Part shown: positions 11,301 to 22,678 of the stretch, one piece after another
How the letters are laid out: each line of letters opens with the position of its first letter
Position numbering within the stretch: position 1 is the stretch's first letter
Assembly (NCBI RefSeq): GCF_004010195.1
Contig: NC_057719.1
Location: forward strand, 74,180,834-74,225,418
Origin: Chiloscyllium plagiosum
Taxonomy: Eukaryota
DNA: 44,585 nucleotides
Reading direction: 5' to 3'
The notes under the pieces: model-generated
Told to the model about the DNA's origin: nothing
The model's database searches: none
The model's input: only the letters and a program-made list of their open reading frames with translations
Position numbers and translations under genes: made by a program

Positions 11301-14300
11301 ATGCATTTTATGGATTAAATAGAACAAGTGATCCATATGGAATGTCAGGCTATGGTGAACATAATTATCCTCTTGCAAAAATTGGTGCCACTTATCCATA
11401 TGGTGCAGTTACATGTTTATCCTTGTCTTAATGGTTGAAAGTGAATTCATCTCAGTAAAGAGGAATTAGTGCAGACAGCATAATCGTTTGAAAATAATGT
11501 CTAAAAGCAGGATATATCTTGCCTCCAAAGAACGTCTTGCAGAAAGTTGGTTTGTGACAAATTCTTTCATGATGTGAACTATTAATTTCTCCTAATTTAG
11601 AATTTTATTGCTACATTTTCCGGTCTGCTCAAGAAATGTGATTTTGGCATGTCACTCTTAATATGAGGAAGCATTTAGAAACGGGCAAATTTTAAAGAAA
11701 CCTTTAAATCATCAGATGCCACAAATCAGAAATGAAAGGTTTCAGTTAACCATCTTTTCTTCTTCACTCTGAACTTGTAAGACATGTTGAGAACAGAATG
11801 GGGCATTCTCAGTTTCTTGCATTTTGCAATACTGCACATGTGCAGAGGACTATTGGCATAATTAAAAATAGTCATCACTTTTGAGACATTTGATGAAGTT
11901 GCTGTCTTAATTCCTAATTTCTCTCTGTCTAGGAATATCTGCCTCTTAAACTAAACTATATAGTTACATTACTGTCATTTACACTAACCTGGTCCACAGG
12001 CCTGCTACATTTAGGTAAACAATTTTGCCTGACTTCCTTCGAACTTCTAACTTGCTATGTCAATTAATAAAATTCAGTGCCATAGTCTGCAGTTCAGTCT
12101 TCATAACTAGAAGGTTACAGGTGCATCCTCCAGGCAATAGAATGTTGCTCAAATATATCTATTTACTATCAATTCTGTTCAAGTATGAGGTGTAGTAATA
12201 TCAGACATTCAGGTAAAAGTGTAAAGATGTACAGTATGTGTAGTTCAGCAGTGTATTGGTGGTTGGATCAAAAAACAGCATATATCCCAAAATTTTTTTG
12301 CTGTCTGCATTTTGGCATATTATAACGTTCACTTTGCTATTGGTACCCATTGTTTTAATTTAGTTATATGATTGAAAATAATTTTGTTTCAACTAATTGA
12401 AAGGAAATTAAAATATCTCCTCTCCCCAAGGCCTTTGGTTTCTCTAGCCAAAGTGATAGGAGACAGAGATTTGGTTTGGAATGGATTTATACTCATGCAC
12501 TGAAAACAGTTGGTTCATTTAGTCCTTGGCGCAGTTAAAATTTGCCAGTGAACACAAAATCCAATCTGCCTCTTCATTTGGAGTGCTCTGCCTCTAGGAA
12601 GAAATGGATTAGCAGCTGGAAGCCAGATTAACTCATTAAAATAAATTAGCTCATCCTGCCAAAACTTGCTGTAAAATTACTCCACCTCTGTCAGTGAATT
12701 TGAGAGAGCGTTGATTATCATGGACAAAATCCCCCCAAAAATGTAGAACTAGTAGATGCTCAGTGGTTTTGCTCTTTCTGGACAGTGTTGTTTCATTGAC
12801 TGTTGGCCTTTCCATTTCTTTGAAGACGTACCTACAGTTTCTTCACTGACAACAGAGACTGTTGCTGTTTTATTGGAAAACTCGACTGAACTAAAGGACA
12901 AAGAGCTACTCACATTGTCTGCTCAACCTGACCTGCCTTTTATCACAGGTAATTTTTAAGAAGTTTATTATGTTTCTGCTATTGTTGCAGCAGTGTTGAA
13001 ATTGTTTCCATTTTAGACTAGTCCAATTCATCCTCCATAATGGTAATATCCTTGAAGTAAACAGCTGAGCATACTGCCTCTTAAACAAATCTCTAATCAT
13101 CTCATCAAGTGATGATTTGATCTTGGCTAATTTATTTGTTTGTTTATTCCCTTCCACTTTTATTTGAATTTTCTCGTTCTATTCTCTTTCACTCTAATAA
13201 TTCCCTACTGAATGTAAAAGGATAACAATGCACTTCTAGACCAGCAATTAAAAATTACATTGATATATTGTTGTATAAGGTGATGGTTCTGAAGGGGTTA
13301 ATGCTGAAAACTGCATTAAGATCCATTCAGAGAATGTCATAAGGACTTGGGCAGGAAAAGGCAAAATATCTTTGGATCAGGGGGAACACCCATTTTCCTG
13401 AGTCTCCCCGTCGTGTTCATAACAAGGTCTATGGCACTAATGTAGATTGTTCTTGATCGCTTTCAAGCAGCAAGTTACAGTCAGCTCTGCTATAACGTAG
13501 TTCTGTTCTCATGCAATCCCGTGTTATAAGAAAACTGTGCAATAGCAGCACTATTTAAACTAATGGGGCCGGATCCACGTTATACCCAATGCACACTTTA
13601 AAACTTCACACTTTAGAAGTGTCCCCAATTCATCAATCGTGTTACAGTGTTAATGAAATGCAAGTTATAGCAGAACGACCTGTACTACTTTGTTGCCCTG
13701 TAGACCAGTCAGAAGAGGAAGATGGTCCACCTGTCTGTCTGACCACATGGTGGCAGTGGTTGGCATTGCATGCTCATGTTGTGACTGTTCCCTTTTGTTT
13801 AAATCGATGACCATTGTCTTCATTCTATCTCCTCAAGTGACCTGGTCAAAATCAGGTAGTGAGACATTCCAGAGCAACATCCATTTTCATCAAAGGCTGT
13901 TGTGAGCTTTTAACTTTATTCCTTTATTTTTCTGGTTTATGTGAAGAAGGACTTTCATGTTAACTATTACCTTATTTCTTTACTTTTCTATTTATTCTGT
14001 GAAGGTAATACTTAACTTTTTAAACTTTGTTCCTAAGTTGGTTTTTATATCTGGGTATCTCTGATGCCGTCGTGTGTGGCAACATTATACACTTCTCACG
14101 GTACACCTGTACTTCTGTACTTGGAGTACACATGACAATGAAATCTAAATCTAAATCATATTGAAGAGATTCCTCTAACTGGAGAAAACCCTCTGAAAGA
14201 AGCTGAGCTGAGGAATATCTGGTGTTATGTAGCTTTAAGGTCACCTTTTGCTGTCCCATACACTTTTCATATTACCTGTATTTTTATACTATTTGGAGAA

Positions 14301-17300
14301 AGGTAATAATAAGGTAGATCTTGAGGTCAGGTCCCCAGTCCTGAAGAAAGGCTCATACCCGAAACGTCGATTCTCCTGCTCCTTGGATACTGCCTGACCT
14401 GCTGCGCTTTTCCAGCAACACATTTTCAGCTCTGATCTCCAGCATCTGCAGTCCTCACTTTCTCCTCCAGGTCCCCAGTTACCCAACCTTCAGCCGAGCA
14501 CAAGACTTGGGAGGAGCATAGAACTCTTAGAGGGTTGTTGGCGAGAGGAGTTTACAGAAATACGGAGGGTTAAGGCCATGGAAGTATTTAAACAGGAAGA
14601 TGGGAATTTTAATTTTGAGAATTTGATGAACAGGAAGTACAGGGGTGACCAGGATATTGAATAATGTAGATGACAGACAGTAGACATTCAGATGAACTGA
14701 AATGTAGAATACAGTTCAAAGGCAAATCTGTGAGGAGAGCTTTGGATGAATCAAGTCTATCTGTAACAAAATGACAATTCAGCAACAGACTCAGACAGTA
14801 GCCAGTAATGGTACAGAGGGTGTTTGTGCACTGAAAACAGGGGATTGGAAAATGTCTTCATTCTGCAAGAGATTAAAGTGCCAAATCCTCTTCAGGCTGA
14901 TTCCAGTCTCAGTGGGTGGCTGCCAGGGTACAAGAGTCATGCTCTGAACAGCCATTCAGAGACCTAACCAGGGATATAGAGAGGCATTACAACAGAACAT
15001 TAACCTCTTGAACGGAGGGAAGCCACGGTGGCTTCTTTAGGGAGCCAGGAGATGAGAACGAAGGTCAGGACAGTATGCCATTGCCAGAGGCTTTGCTTTG
15101 ACTGTAATTCAATAGATAAGTGGCTCAAACAAGGGCAGTCCCACTGTCCTGGGTAGTGGAGTAGACGCTTTAGATAAATATGAAGTTGACCACATCAAAG
15201 GATGCAGAGGTTGGGGTGTCATGGGCAGAGTCATAGAGGGTGCTTTCTGTGACTTTAGTTATTTTAGTCACTGAGTGCGGAAACCTCATTGTTGAGATTG
15301 AATAGAGTTTCTGAAAGGCACGGAGTGGATTTGGAGGTGAAAATATGCTCCACATCATTGGAGAAGGAAATTAAGGTTGGAGATGGGGCTGATCAAAGGG
15401 TTGAAAGTGGGGAAGGGTGAGGTTTGAGGAAAGAGCGGTGGTAATCTTCAAGTACCAGAGGAGTGAGAACAAATTACAACAACGTTGACTGTGGGGATAA
15501 AAATACAACAGAGGCAGCTGAATGAACGTCTCGAGTAATTTGTCAGTGAAAGTCATGGCCACCAGGGTATACCAGTGAATAAAGGAAAGAAGAAAGGGTA
15601 TTTGTTCAGTGACACTATTTGATTTATTCTAGGACCTGTGTGTGTCTGTGTCTGTGTGTGTGTGTGTGTGTGTGTGCGCGCAAAAGCATAAATTTACATT
15701 CCCTGTTGCCAGTTATTTATATAATTCACCTGTGCAAGTACGAATAAAAATTCATTAATTTGTGGAGTATCAGTTGCACTACGAATTTGTTAATTTGCTA
15801 CTTCATTATTTTATTAATTTTGTTGATGTGGCTTTAAATCCATTAATTTGCCACTTATTTCTACTGTTTTACATTATTCTTTGTTAAGTTGTTGATGCCC
15901 ATTGCTCATTGAATGGATTGATTTTAGTGATGATCAGTGCTGTATTAATTTATCCTGGCTGGGATGCCTCCTTGGCTCTGATCTATTGCTCATTAGTGAC
16001 AAGCTATGTGCGTGCATGAGCATATATACATAGAGTTTCTGTAGGCTGTCATTCCATGTTCTGTTTGCACAGTGTCAAAAAAGATGCTTTTTATTTAACT
16101 AATTTAAAGGTTCCAGTTTATTCAATCAATTTTTATTCATGGTATTATAGCAGGACAGCTTTTGTTCATTGTTTTAACATATATTCCCAAAGGAAACAAT
16201 GATAATATAAAACACAACTTTTCAACTGTACCTCACCATGGCCAAGATCTTATTAAGCTGTTAACCCACAGAATTAATCTAAAAATGTTAGTGATTTTAT
16301 GGGTGTTGCATGTAAGGTCAGCTCTTAATGGCCATCTGTGTAGCTTCGGGAAAGGTGGTGGTAAGCAGATTTCATGAACTACTGCAGTCCGTGTGGCAAT
16401 GCGATCCCCTCACTGCTCTTGGATGGGGAGTTTCATGGTCACTGAGTCAAAACCCTGAAGAAACAATGGCACTTGTCCATTTTGGGGTGGCATGTGATCT
16501 CCCTCGTACCTGCTGCCCTTGCCCTCAGGCCCGGGTTGGCTTGCAGGCTTGGGACGGAAAACAAAAACAAAAATTGCTGGGAAAGGCTCAGCAGGTTTGA
16601 CAGCATTTGTGCAGAGAAAGCAGAGTTAACTTTTCGGGTCCAGTGACCCTTCCTCAGAATGCTTGTGAAAGCTTGTTGGTGATGCTTTTAAGAGTTGCCA
16701 GGTCCAGTGCACTCTGCAACAATCGATAAGGGACTGTGAAGTATATTGGAAGAAGAGATTTGGACAAAGCTAGACACAGCCTCTGACTGAAATAATTTTT
16801 GACTTTTTTTTGCCTACAGTTGGCTGGTTCAGTTTACCAAACATGATTTATTTCTTTCTTGTGCATTTTTCTTCTTGCATCATTACAGAAGTTACTGATG
16901 TTCCTCCCCAGCAAACTGAGATGGCTGTAATCTACCAGTCAGCAGCATGGGTTCTGGCAGCTATATTGCTGGCAATCATCATCTTCTTAACAGCAACCCT
17001 TATAATGAACAGAAAGAAGCAATGGTTTCAGATGCCCTGCTATCATGCACCAACTAAGGTAAGATGAAAATATTCTAGTCTCAAATGGCAGCTAGGTTGG
17101 TGAACTGAATGGAAATCTGACCAAAGAGCCTTGCATTTGTAAAAGCTGATGTCCATCAGCTTGCATTGAGCTGATGTCCATACTTGGCTCAAAGCCATCT
17201 AATTTGGTTTCTCCTTTTATGAATAAGTAATAATATCAAAATGAAAGCACGACAGTAATGCCAATTTTCCCCACCATGGTAAGTGGTGCACTGGGAACCA

Positions 17301-20300
17301 GCTGTGTGTAAACACTGCCTCGCAAGCCACATTTGCAACTGATTTGTTTCTTATTCCTTTTAGATTTTCATAAAGGTAACATGTCGAAACATTGGTGCCA
17401 AAATATGTACTTCCAGTGTTTAGAAAATTTGCTGAAGAACATTCATTATTGAAGCTTGCTGTGACAATAACATTCTTTCAATGACGTGGATTTTCTTTTT
17501 GCTTTCTAAATGATTTGTAGATCACTCACATAGATCCTGAAGAAGGGCTTATGCCCGAAACGTCGATTCTCCTGTTCCCTGGATGCTGCCTGACCTGCTG
17601 CGCTTTTCCAGCAACACATTTCCAACATAGATCCTGAGCCCAGGTTTCAGCACTGGATTGTACTCTGTTAGTGAATCAGTGTGCCAGAGCTTCAGCATCT
17701 CTGATCTAGACAAGGGAAAAATTAGTCCGACTTTAATCAATATCCAGCGATTCTTGGGAGAAAGTACATGTGCATTGTAAGATCCAAGTAGACCCTGATA
17801 TTCCTGGAGGCCTTTGTGGCAGAATTGCCCACACCAGTCACTATTTAAGCAATAACATTGATCATTGACATAGTAGCATTTATAGAGATATAACAAAAAT
17901 AAGTCCTTTAGAATCGTAAAATCCCTACAGTGTGGAAGCAGCCCACACCAACCCTCCGAAGAACATCCCACTCAGACTCACCCTCCTGTATCCCTGTAAT
18001 CCTGTATTTCCTGTGGCTAACCCACCTAACCTATACATCACTGGACACTATGGCCAGTTTAGCACGGCCAATCCACCTAATGTGCACATCGTTGGACTGT
18101 GGGGGGAAGCACCCGGTAGAAACCCATGCAGACACGGGGAGAATATGCAAACTCCACACAGACAGTCATTCAAGGATAGAATTGAACCTGGGTCCCTAGT
18201 GCTGTGAGGCAGCAGTACTAATTACTGAGCCACCATGGTGCCCCAATTAGATAAGGAGGCAATTGGGAAGAATAAATGTATTCAAACAATGAGGGCTAAG
18301 GCTGTGACCATCTTAATGCAAAAGAGTGAATTTTTCTAGATTATTGGAAAAGCAGGTGGTTCAATTCGGCAAGAAGAACTTGCTTAGAAATGGTCAAATC
18401 ATATAGGTGGTACCTCAGTAATCTTTGATGCAATTTTGTTGATTTTTACTTCAACTTTACAATAAAATAATTTTCTCATCTTTATCTTTGTGCTGAAAAG
18501 AGAAAGACTGGTATTTTCGTAAGTTCAAGGTTTTCAAAGGTACTTTGCGGCTCTTAGGCCATTTGGTCCTTTCAAACTTTATCAATTTCTCAAAGTGTAA
18601 CACATTTGCTTTGGGAATTGTTTGTTATTCCAGTGTTCTAGCTTTCAGTGACTTAGAGTCATAGAGATGTACAACATGGAAACAGACATCTCGGTCCAAC
18701 CCATCCCTGCCAGCTAGATATCCCAACCCAATCTAGTCCCACCTGCCAGCACCCAGCCCATATCCCTCCAAACCCTTCCTATTCATATACCCATCCAAAT
18801 GCCTCTTAAATGTTGCAATTGTACCAGCCTCCACCACATCCTCTGGCAGCTCATTCCAGACACGTACCACCCTCTGTGTGGAAAAAGTTGCCCCTGAGAT
18901 CTCTTTTATATCTTTCCCCTCTAGTTCTGGACTCCCCGACCCCAGGGAAAAGACTTTGTCTATTTATCCTATCCATGCCCCTCATAATTTTGTCAACCTC
19001 TATAAGGTCACCCTTCAGCCTTCAACACTACAGGGAAAACAGCCCCAGCCTGTTCAGCCTCTCCCTATAGCTCAAATCCTCCAACCCTGGCAACATCCTT
19101 GTAAATCTTTTCTGAACCNNNNNNNNNNNNNNNNNNNCTTTCAAGGAGCTATGAACCTGCACTCCAAGGTGTCTTTGTTCAGCAACACTCCCTAGGACCT
19201 TACCATTAAGTGTATAAGTCCTGCTAAGATTTGCTTTCCCAAAATGCAGCACCTCGCATTTATCTGAATTAAACTCCATCTGCCACTTCTCAGCCCATTG
19301 GCCCATCTGGTGCAGATCCTGTTGTAATCTGAGGTAACCTTCTTCGCTGTCCACTACACCTCCAATTTTTCTGAACATAGACATGAACATTTGCAGTCTT
19401 GGCAATTTTCTCCCCTGACTAAACTGTCTTTTCAAGCAGGATAATCTGCACATGAGTCTTTCATTGAATATGTGAATCTTCCACAAAAGGTGTACATAAA
19501 ATAGATCTGAATGTATGGATTCAGTTGTTTCGATGACATGTTCATTTCAGCTCAGACTGATTTTTATTTATTGAATAGCTTCATGAGTTGAAATGACATG
19601 TGGTCAGATAATAACTGTGAATATGTGATCAAGGATCCAGGGGTAGCTCAGTTGGCCCCCTCATGTCTGCTCCACCAGCCAAACGAGTTAATGGCTGATC
19701 TGATTATAACCTCAAATCCACATTCCTTGGTAAATTTTAACACGCTGTCCCATTACTGAGAATCTAGCAACCTCTGCCTTAAAAATATTCAAAAACTTGA
19801 CTTCTAACCTTTCAGAAATAGACTTTGAAGGTACTCCACCCTCTGACAGAGGAAAACAAAATCACCTCATCTTTGTCTTAAATAGGAGTCACTGATTTTT
19901 ATTCAGAAAAGAAAATAGCATCTCCACACCTATCGTGTTAGTAATGTGAAAGGCAAATCATGTTTAATCGATCTGTTGGAGTCTTTTGAGGAAGTAATGT
20001 GTTGCAGATAAAGGGGAACCAGTGGATATTCTGCATTTAGATTTCCAGTTGTCATTTGATGAAGTATCACATAAGTGTATTATAGATAATAAAAAGTAAT
20101 ATTGTAGGAAGGAGTATATATGAACCCCGACAGCATGAGGGGTAGTGGATAATGCATAACGTTACTATGTTGACTCTACCTGATCACCTTGAACTTATGT
20201 AAGTGCCCTGCTGTAAGTTCTGTAATAATAGCTAATAACATTTATCCTGTGACAGATGTTAAGCTGACTGACTTGGAGTTTCCTGCTTTCTAGACACACT

Positions 20301-22678
20301 CTGTTTGAGTATAGGAATTGCAGTTGGTATTTTCCAATATAATGGGACCTTGCCTAAATCAAGGCAGATATAGAAATTTAAAGCCAATGCAGCAACTATC
20401 TCACTAGCCATTACTTTCAAGACCTTTGTATGAAGTCTATTAGGACCCTAGCACATGTCAACCCACAGTTCCAACAATTTACTCAGTACCACTTCCCAGA
20501 TAATTGTAATCTTCTTGAGTTCTTTCCTCCCTTCTAGTTCATGACTTATAGGTGTTTATGTGATATTTCTTGTATCTTTGTCATGAAGACAAAATAACCT
20601 TCAACTCATCTGCCCTCTCTTTATTTTCCTTATCTATTCTCCAGATTCACTTCCTATTGGGCCTCACTTTTATAAACTTCATTTTCTTTAAACATTTAAG
20701 GAAACTTTTTTAAAAAATATTTCCATATAGAGCAACTGGTCTCAGGTCATCGTTTTGTTTTACATAAAGTTAAATACTTGTGAAGTAGTTATTGATGTGA
20801 TGCACAGCCAATTTGAGCACAGTATGACTACAAAACATCAATGAGACAACAGAATGAGGAATATATCTCTCAGTCTCATTGAGAGAGAAACGTTGGTCCA
20901 GGACACTAGGGGAACTATCCAGGGCCTCTCCAGAAAGTACCGTGTGTACATCTACTGGAGAAGGAAGATGGCACCTCAAGTTAACTTGCTGTCCCAAAAG
21001 TCAGAACCTTTGTAAACACTGCTGTGTGATGTCAGCCTGGTTTGTGTTCAAGTCTCTGGAGTAGGGGCCCTGTACCCTTTTGATATTTGTGGATTTTTTG
21101 CTGCACTGCTGGAAAAACATCCTCAGTGTCATTTGAGTATCACTTGCCTTTATGCTCTTGAAAGCAACTATAGGTAAAGCAGAAGTGCCTGCAGCATTTC
21201 CTCAACATCCAGCAGCAAGTGCAAAATAAAAGCAAACTTTGACTATTATTGCAGTTGCATCCTGAGTGTCACATTCATAGTGAGGCAGAAGTTTGATTTT
21301 TGTCATTCAGCTGAAGCCTAAATGACCCAACGCATTTTCACAGAAGCTTCCCTCTAAAGCCAGGGACGGTTGGGCAGCTTCATGTCAGAAATGAGATTCA
21401 TAGTTACATTGTTCAGACACTGATGCACATGCAAGTTTTAACGTATAGAATATGTATTCCAGAATTGTATTATAGGCAGTATATTGAAATTTACACAGCC
21501 AAGTAAGCAGTGTATCGTCCAAACTATTGCATACAGTTCGCGTCACCACATTAGCAAAAGGATATGGATGCTTTGGAGACGGTACATAAAATGTCTTAAA
21601 GTTTTTAATTCCAAGATCTCACATCAATTGTAATTTGTGATAAACCATTTGCCACATGAACCCACCACAAACCCGTAAAAGGGTATGCCTGGTATGGGGG
21701 ATGTTGGCTATGAAGAAAGGTTGGACAGACTGGGTTTATTTACAGTGGACCGCAGGAGATTGAGGGTAGGGCGACCTGATAGAAGTTTATCAGATTGTGA
21801 ACAGCTTGGATAGAGTGCAAAATATGAAGCTCCTCCCCAGGGTGGAGGGGTCAATTACAAACTGACAGAGGTTCAAACTGCAGGGATAGCAGGGGGTGGG
21901 GGTTTGGGGTTGGGGTTGGAGAGTTTAAAAGAGATGTGTGAGGCAGGTTTTTCACACAATGGGTGTTGAGTGTCTGGAATACACTGCCAAAGGAGGTGAT
22001 GGAAGCAAACACAATAGTAGCATTCAAGGATACATGAATAGGAAAGGAATCAAGGGATACGGATCCTGTAAGCGGAAACAGTTTAATATGGAAGGGCAAT
22101 ATGTGTCATCACAGGCTTGGAGGGCTGAATGGCCTGTTCCTGCGCTGTATTGTTCTTTGTTCAAATCAAGACTAGCAGGGCTTTTGGACAAACCTTGCCT
22201 ATCATAAATGGTTTTGCACCACCCGAAGTTTTAAAAAACAGACAAAATTATGCTTTGTGTACTGATATTTACAAACCTCACTTATCACTATTGTTCATAT
22301 TGTAACTGTGTGCTTAACTAGAGATAGATCACAATTGTTTAGTGACCTCATTTTTAAAAGCAAAACTCTCTGAGGTATAAAATCTTAGCCCCTGTACAGT
22401 TAGTTGTCCCAGGCTGAATTGTTTCATACTGGCCGAAGAATGTTTTCATAAAGGTGACTGTTAACCTCTGTTTTTAATCACAGACGCAGTTTTTGAAAAA
22501 TCCAGTTGACAGACAAACTGTGGTGTACATGGACTCTGCGCATGGAAACAAAATGCACAGTGTTAACAACTGCTGCAGAATGGATCTAATGACAGAAACA
22601 GATTCTCAGAGCAATGAGAAATACAGTGTGCGTGCTGAAAAACAAAGCAACAGCCAGCAAAACAAACTGCTTGGATAG
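5108..22678 (+). CDS. CRIM1: CRIM1-family (cysteine-rich motor neuron 1-like) type I membrane protein, 3' part; join(5108..5326,6789..7004,11030..11251,12826..12948,16889..17058,22484..22678); upstream exons lie outside the window
   Basis: Six exons with AG/GT boundaries and compatible phases (1-1-1-1-0) translate into one open frame: VWFC x3, linker, TM, tail, TAG. Peptides closely match remembered CRIM1 segments (WHDGCRxCYC, GGEYxxEGETWNxDxCTQCTCHSGRVLCxTEVCPPLLCQ, ESWKPxxCTSCIC...PVLRKGQCCPYC, NxKKQW...PTK). Ortholog versus paralog is not resolved. Confidence 0.9.
6318..6700 (-). mobile_element. Old DeuSINE/SacSINE1-like SINE
   Basis: Antisense tRNA head at right (ggagtggaacttgaacccc...tcaggggcaagagtgc), core shared with copies at 20780 and 40595/41040, tttatatagcg tail at left. 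Confidence 0.55.
6789..7004 (+). CDS. CRIM1: CRIM1-like exon, VWFC domain (equivalent to CRIM1 VWFC4)
   Basis: tttcacag|AT ... CCAG|gtacgt; 216 nt; DEAGSGQPDTFDLSVCQAPGGEYYLEGETWNLDTCTQCTCHSGRVLCDTEVCPPLLCQAPIKESGACCLTCP. Confidence 0.94.
7350..7640. mobile_element. Nested CR1-type 3' fragments
   Basis: attcattcatgagatgtgggc... fragment interrupted by a + strand CR1 tail (ggccgaagggcctgtttagtgctgtatgac). Confidence 0.5.
7879..8166 (+). mobile_element. HE1-type V-SINE
   Basis: Colinear with 1651-1967, B box GTTCGATTC, V-domain, tail ggctgaatggcctccttcc. Confidence 0.85.
9002..10204 (-). mobile_element. CR1 (HER1-like) LINE, 5'-truncated, frameshifted
   Basis: Antisense RT C-terminus (SRTRGHNLRI..., VVSLWNSLPQEAV); colinear with the CR1 at 43114-44585. 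Confidence 0.88.
11030..11251 (+). CDS. CRIM1: CRIM1-like exon, VWFC domain (equivalent to CRIM1 VWFC5)
   Basis: atag|AA (NAGNAG, alternative start 11033) ... CTGG|gtaag; 222 nt; EDQLKALLPINSSESGYCMSNDGDILLVGESWKPNACTSCICGDGAIQCFSQTCTAALCRLPVLRKGQCCPYCL. Confidence 0.94.
12826..12948 (+). CDS. CRIM1: CRIM1-like exon, juxtamembrane linker (Ser/Thr-rich)
   Basis: ttctttgaag|AC ... ACAG|gtaatt; 123 nt, phase 1-1, open frame DVPTVSSLTTETVAVLLENSTELKDKELLTLSAQPDLPFIT; same 41-codon size as the linker exon I recall for human CRIM1, but little sequence similarity. Confidence 0.7.
13478..13682. mobile_element. Tc1/mariner (pogo/Tigger-type) MITE
   Basis: Imperfect TIRs cagtcagctctgctataac / gttatagcagaacgacctg, each flanked by TA (13476-77, 13683-84). 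Confidence 0.75.
14340..14467 (+). mobile_element. Penelope-like terminal-repeat insertion (GAAACGTCG family)
   Basis: 12-bp TSD caggtccccagt (14328-14339, 14468-14479); starts at the CTGAAGA hammerhead core; stem II has two mismatches. Confidence 0.85.
14480..15560 (-). mobile_element. Degenerate L2-type LINE fragment
   Basis: Purine-rich antisense L2-like segments (ggagggttaaggccatggaagtatttaaacagg..., SASFDVVN-like RT remnant in ORF 15170-15358); boundaries approximate. Confidence 0.5.
15637..15676. repeat. (TG)n microsatellite
   Basis: Direct reading. Confidence 0.95.
16556..16660 (-). mobile_element. Penelope-like terminal-repeat fragment (GTTAAC family)
   Basis: Minus strand reads CTGAGGA-A-GGGTC-ACTG-GACCC-GAAA-aGTTAACT followed by a ...tgctg...ctgctgagcctttcccagcaattt segment related to the other PLE repeats. 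Confidence 0.7.
16889..17058 (+). CDS. CRIM1: CRIM1-like exon, transmembrane helix and start of cytoplasmic tail
   Basis: cattacag|AA ... AAG|gtaaga; EVTDVPPQQTEMAVIYQSAAWVLAAILLAIIIFLTATLIMNRKKQWFQMPCYHAPTK; hydrophobic 23-mer then NRKKQW...PTK like CRIM1 NQKKQW...PTK. Confidence 0.92.
17533..17568 (+). ncRNA. Minimal type I hammerhead ribozyme motif (PLE type)
   Basis: gatc-CTGAAGA-A-GGGC-TTAT-GCCC-GAAA-C-GTC-gatt; stem I gatc/gatt, palindromic ACGT helix III, predicted cleavage after 17564; activity untested. Confidence 0.7.
17536..17624 (+). mobile_element. Penelope-like terminal-repeat insertion with intact minimal hammerhead
   Basis: 13-bp TSD acatagatcctga (17528-17540, 17625-17637) overlapping the element start. 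Confidence 0.85.
17909..18243 (-). mobile_element. HE1-type V-SINE
   Basis: Reverse complement matches 1651-1967 and 42210-42553. Confidence 0.85.
18654..19368 (-). mobile_element. CR1 LINE 3' fragment containing an assembly gap
   Basis: ORF 19028-19486: LQQDLHQMGQWAEKWQMEFNSDKCEVLHFG...LGVQVHSSLK...VQKRFTRMLPGLEDLSYRERLNRLGLFSL. Confidence 0.9.
19625..20720. mobile_element. Old rearranged CR1 (minus/plus/minus segments)
   Basis: Antisense 3' end (19625-19940), sense GKSCL..LLESFEEV RT piece (~19945-20120), antisense upstream ORF2 piece (~20150-20720). Confidence 0.6.
20780..21078 (-). mobile_element. Old DeuSINE/SacSINE1-like SINE
   Basis: Shares ttggtccaggacac...ggggaac and tgtcagcctggtttgtgttcaagtctctggagt with 6318-6700. 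Confidence 0.5.
21480..22161 (+). mobile_element. CR1 LINE 3' fragment
   Basis: Degenerate RT C-terminus (GYEERLDRLGLF), ttcacaca..gggtgttgagtgtctggaatacactgcca, tail gggctgaatggcctgttcctgcgctgtattgttct. Confidence 0.8.
22484..22678 (+). CDS. CRIM1: CRIM1-like last coding exon, cytoplasmic tail, stop TAG
   Basis: tttttaatcacag|ACG, phase 0; TQFLKNPVDRQTVVYMDSAHGNKMHSVNNCCRMDLMTETDSQSNEKYSVRAEKQSNSQQNKLLG*; weak colinear similarity to the CRIM1 tail. Confidence 0.82.
   Translation, partial: TQFLKNPVDRQTVVYMDSAHGNKMHSVNNCCRMDLMTETDSQSNEKYSVRAEKQSNSQQNKLLG

Noticed and set aside
14341..17568. Two sense hammerheads flanking the TM exon acting as a dimer to excise it
   Set aside because: The 14341 copy has two stem II mismatches including the closing pair (AGGC/ACCC), the copies are 3 kb apart, and such repeats are frequent enough to flank an exon by chance.
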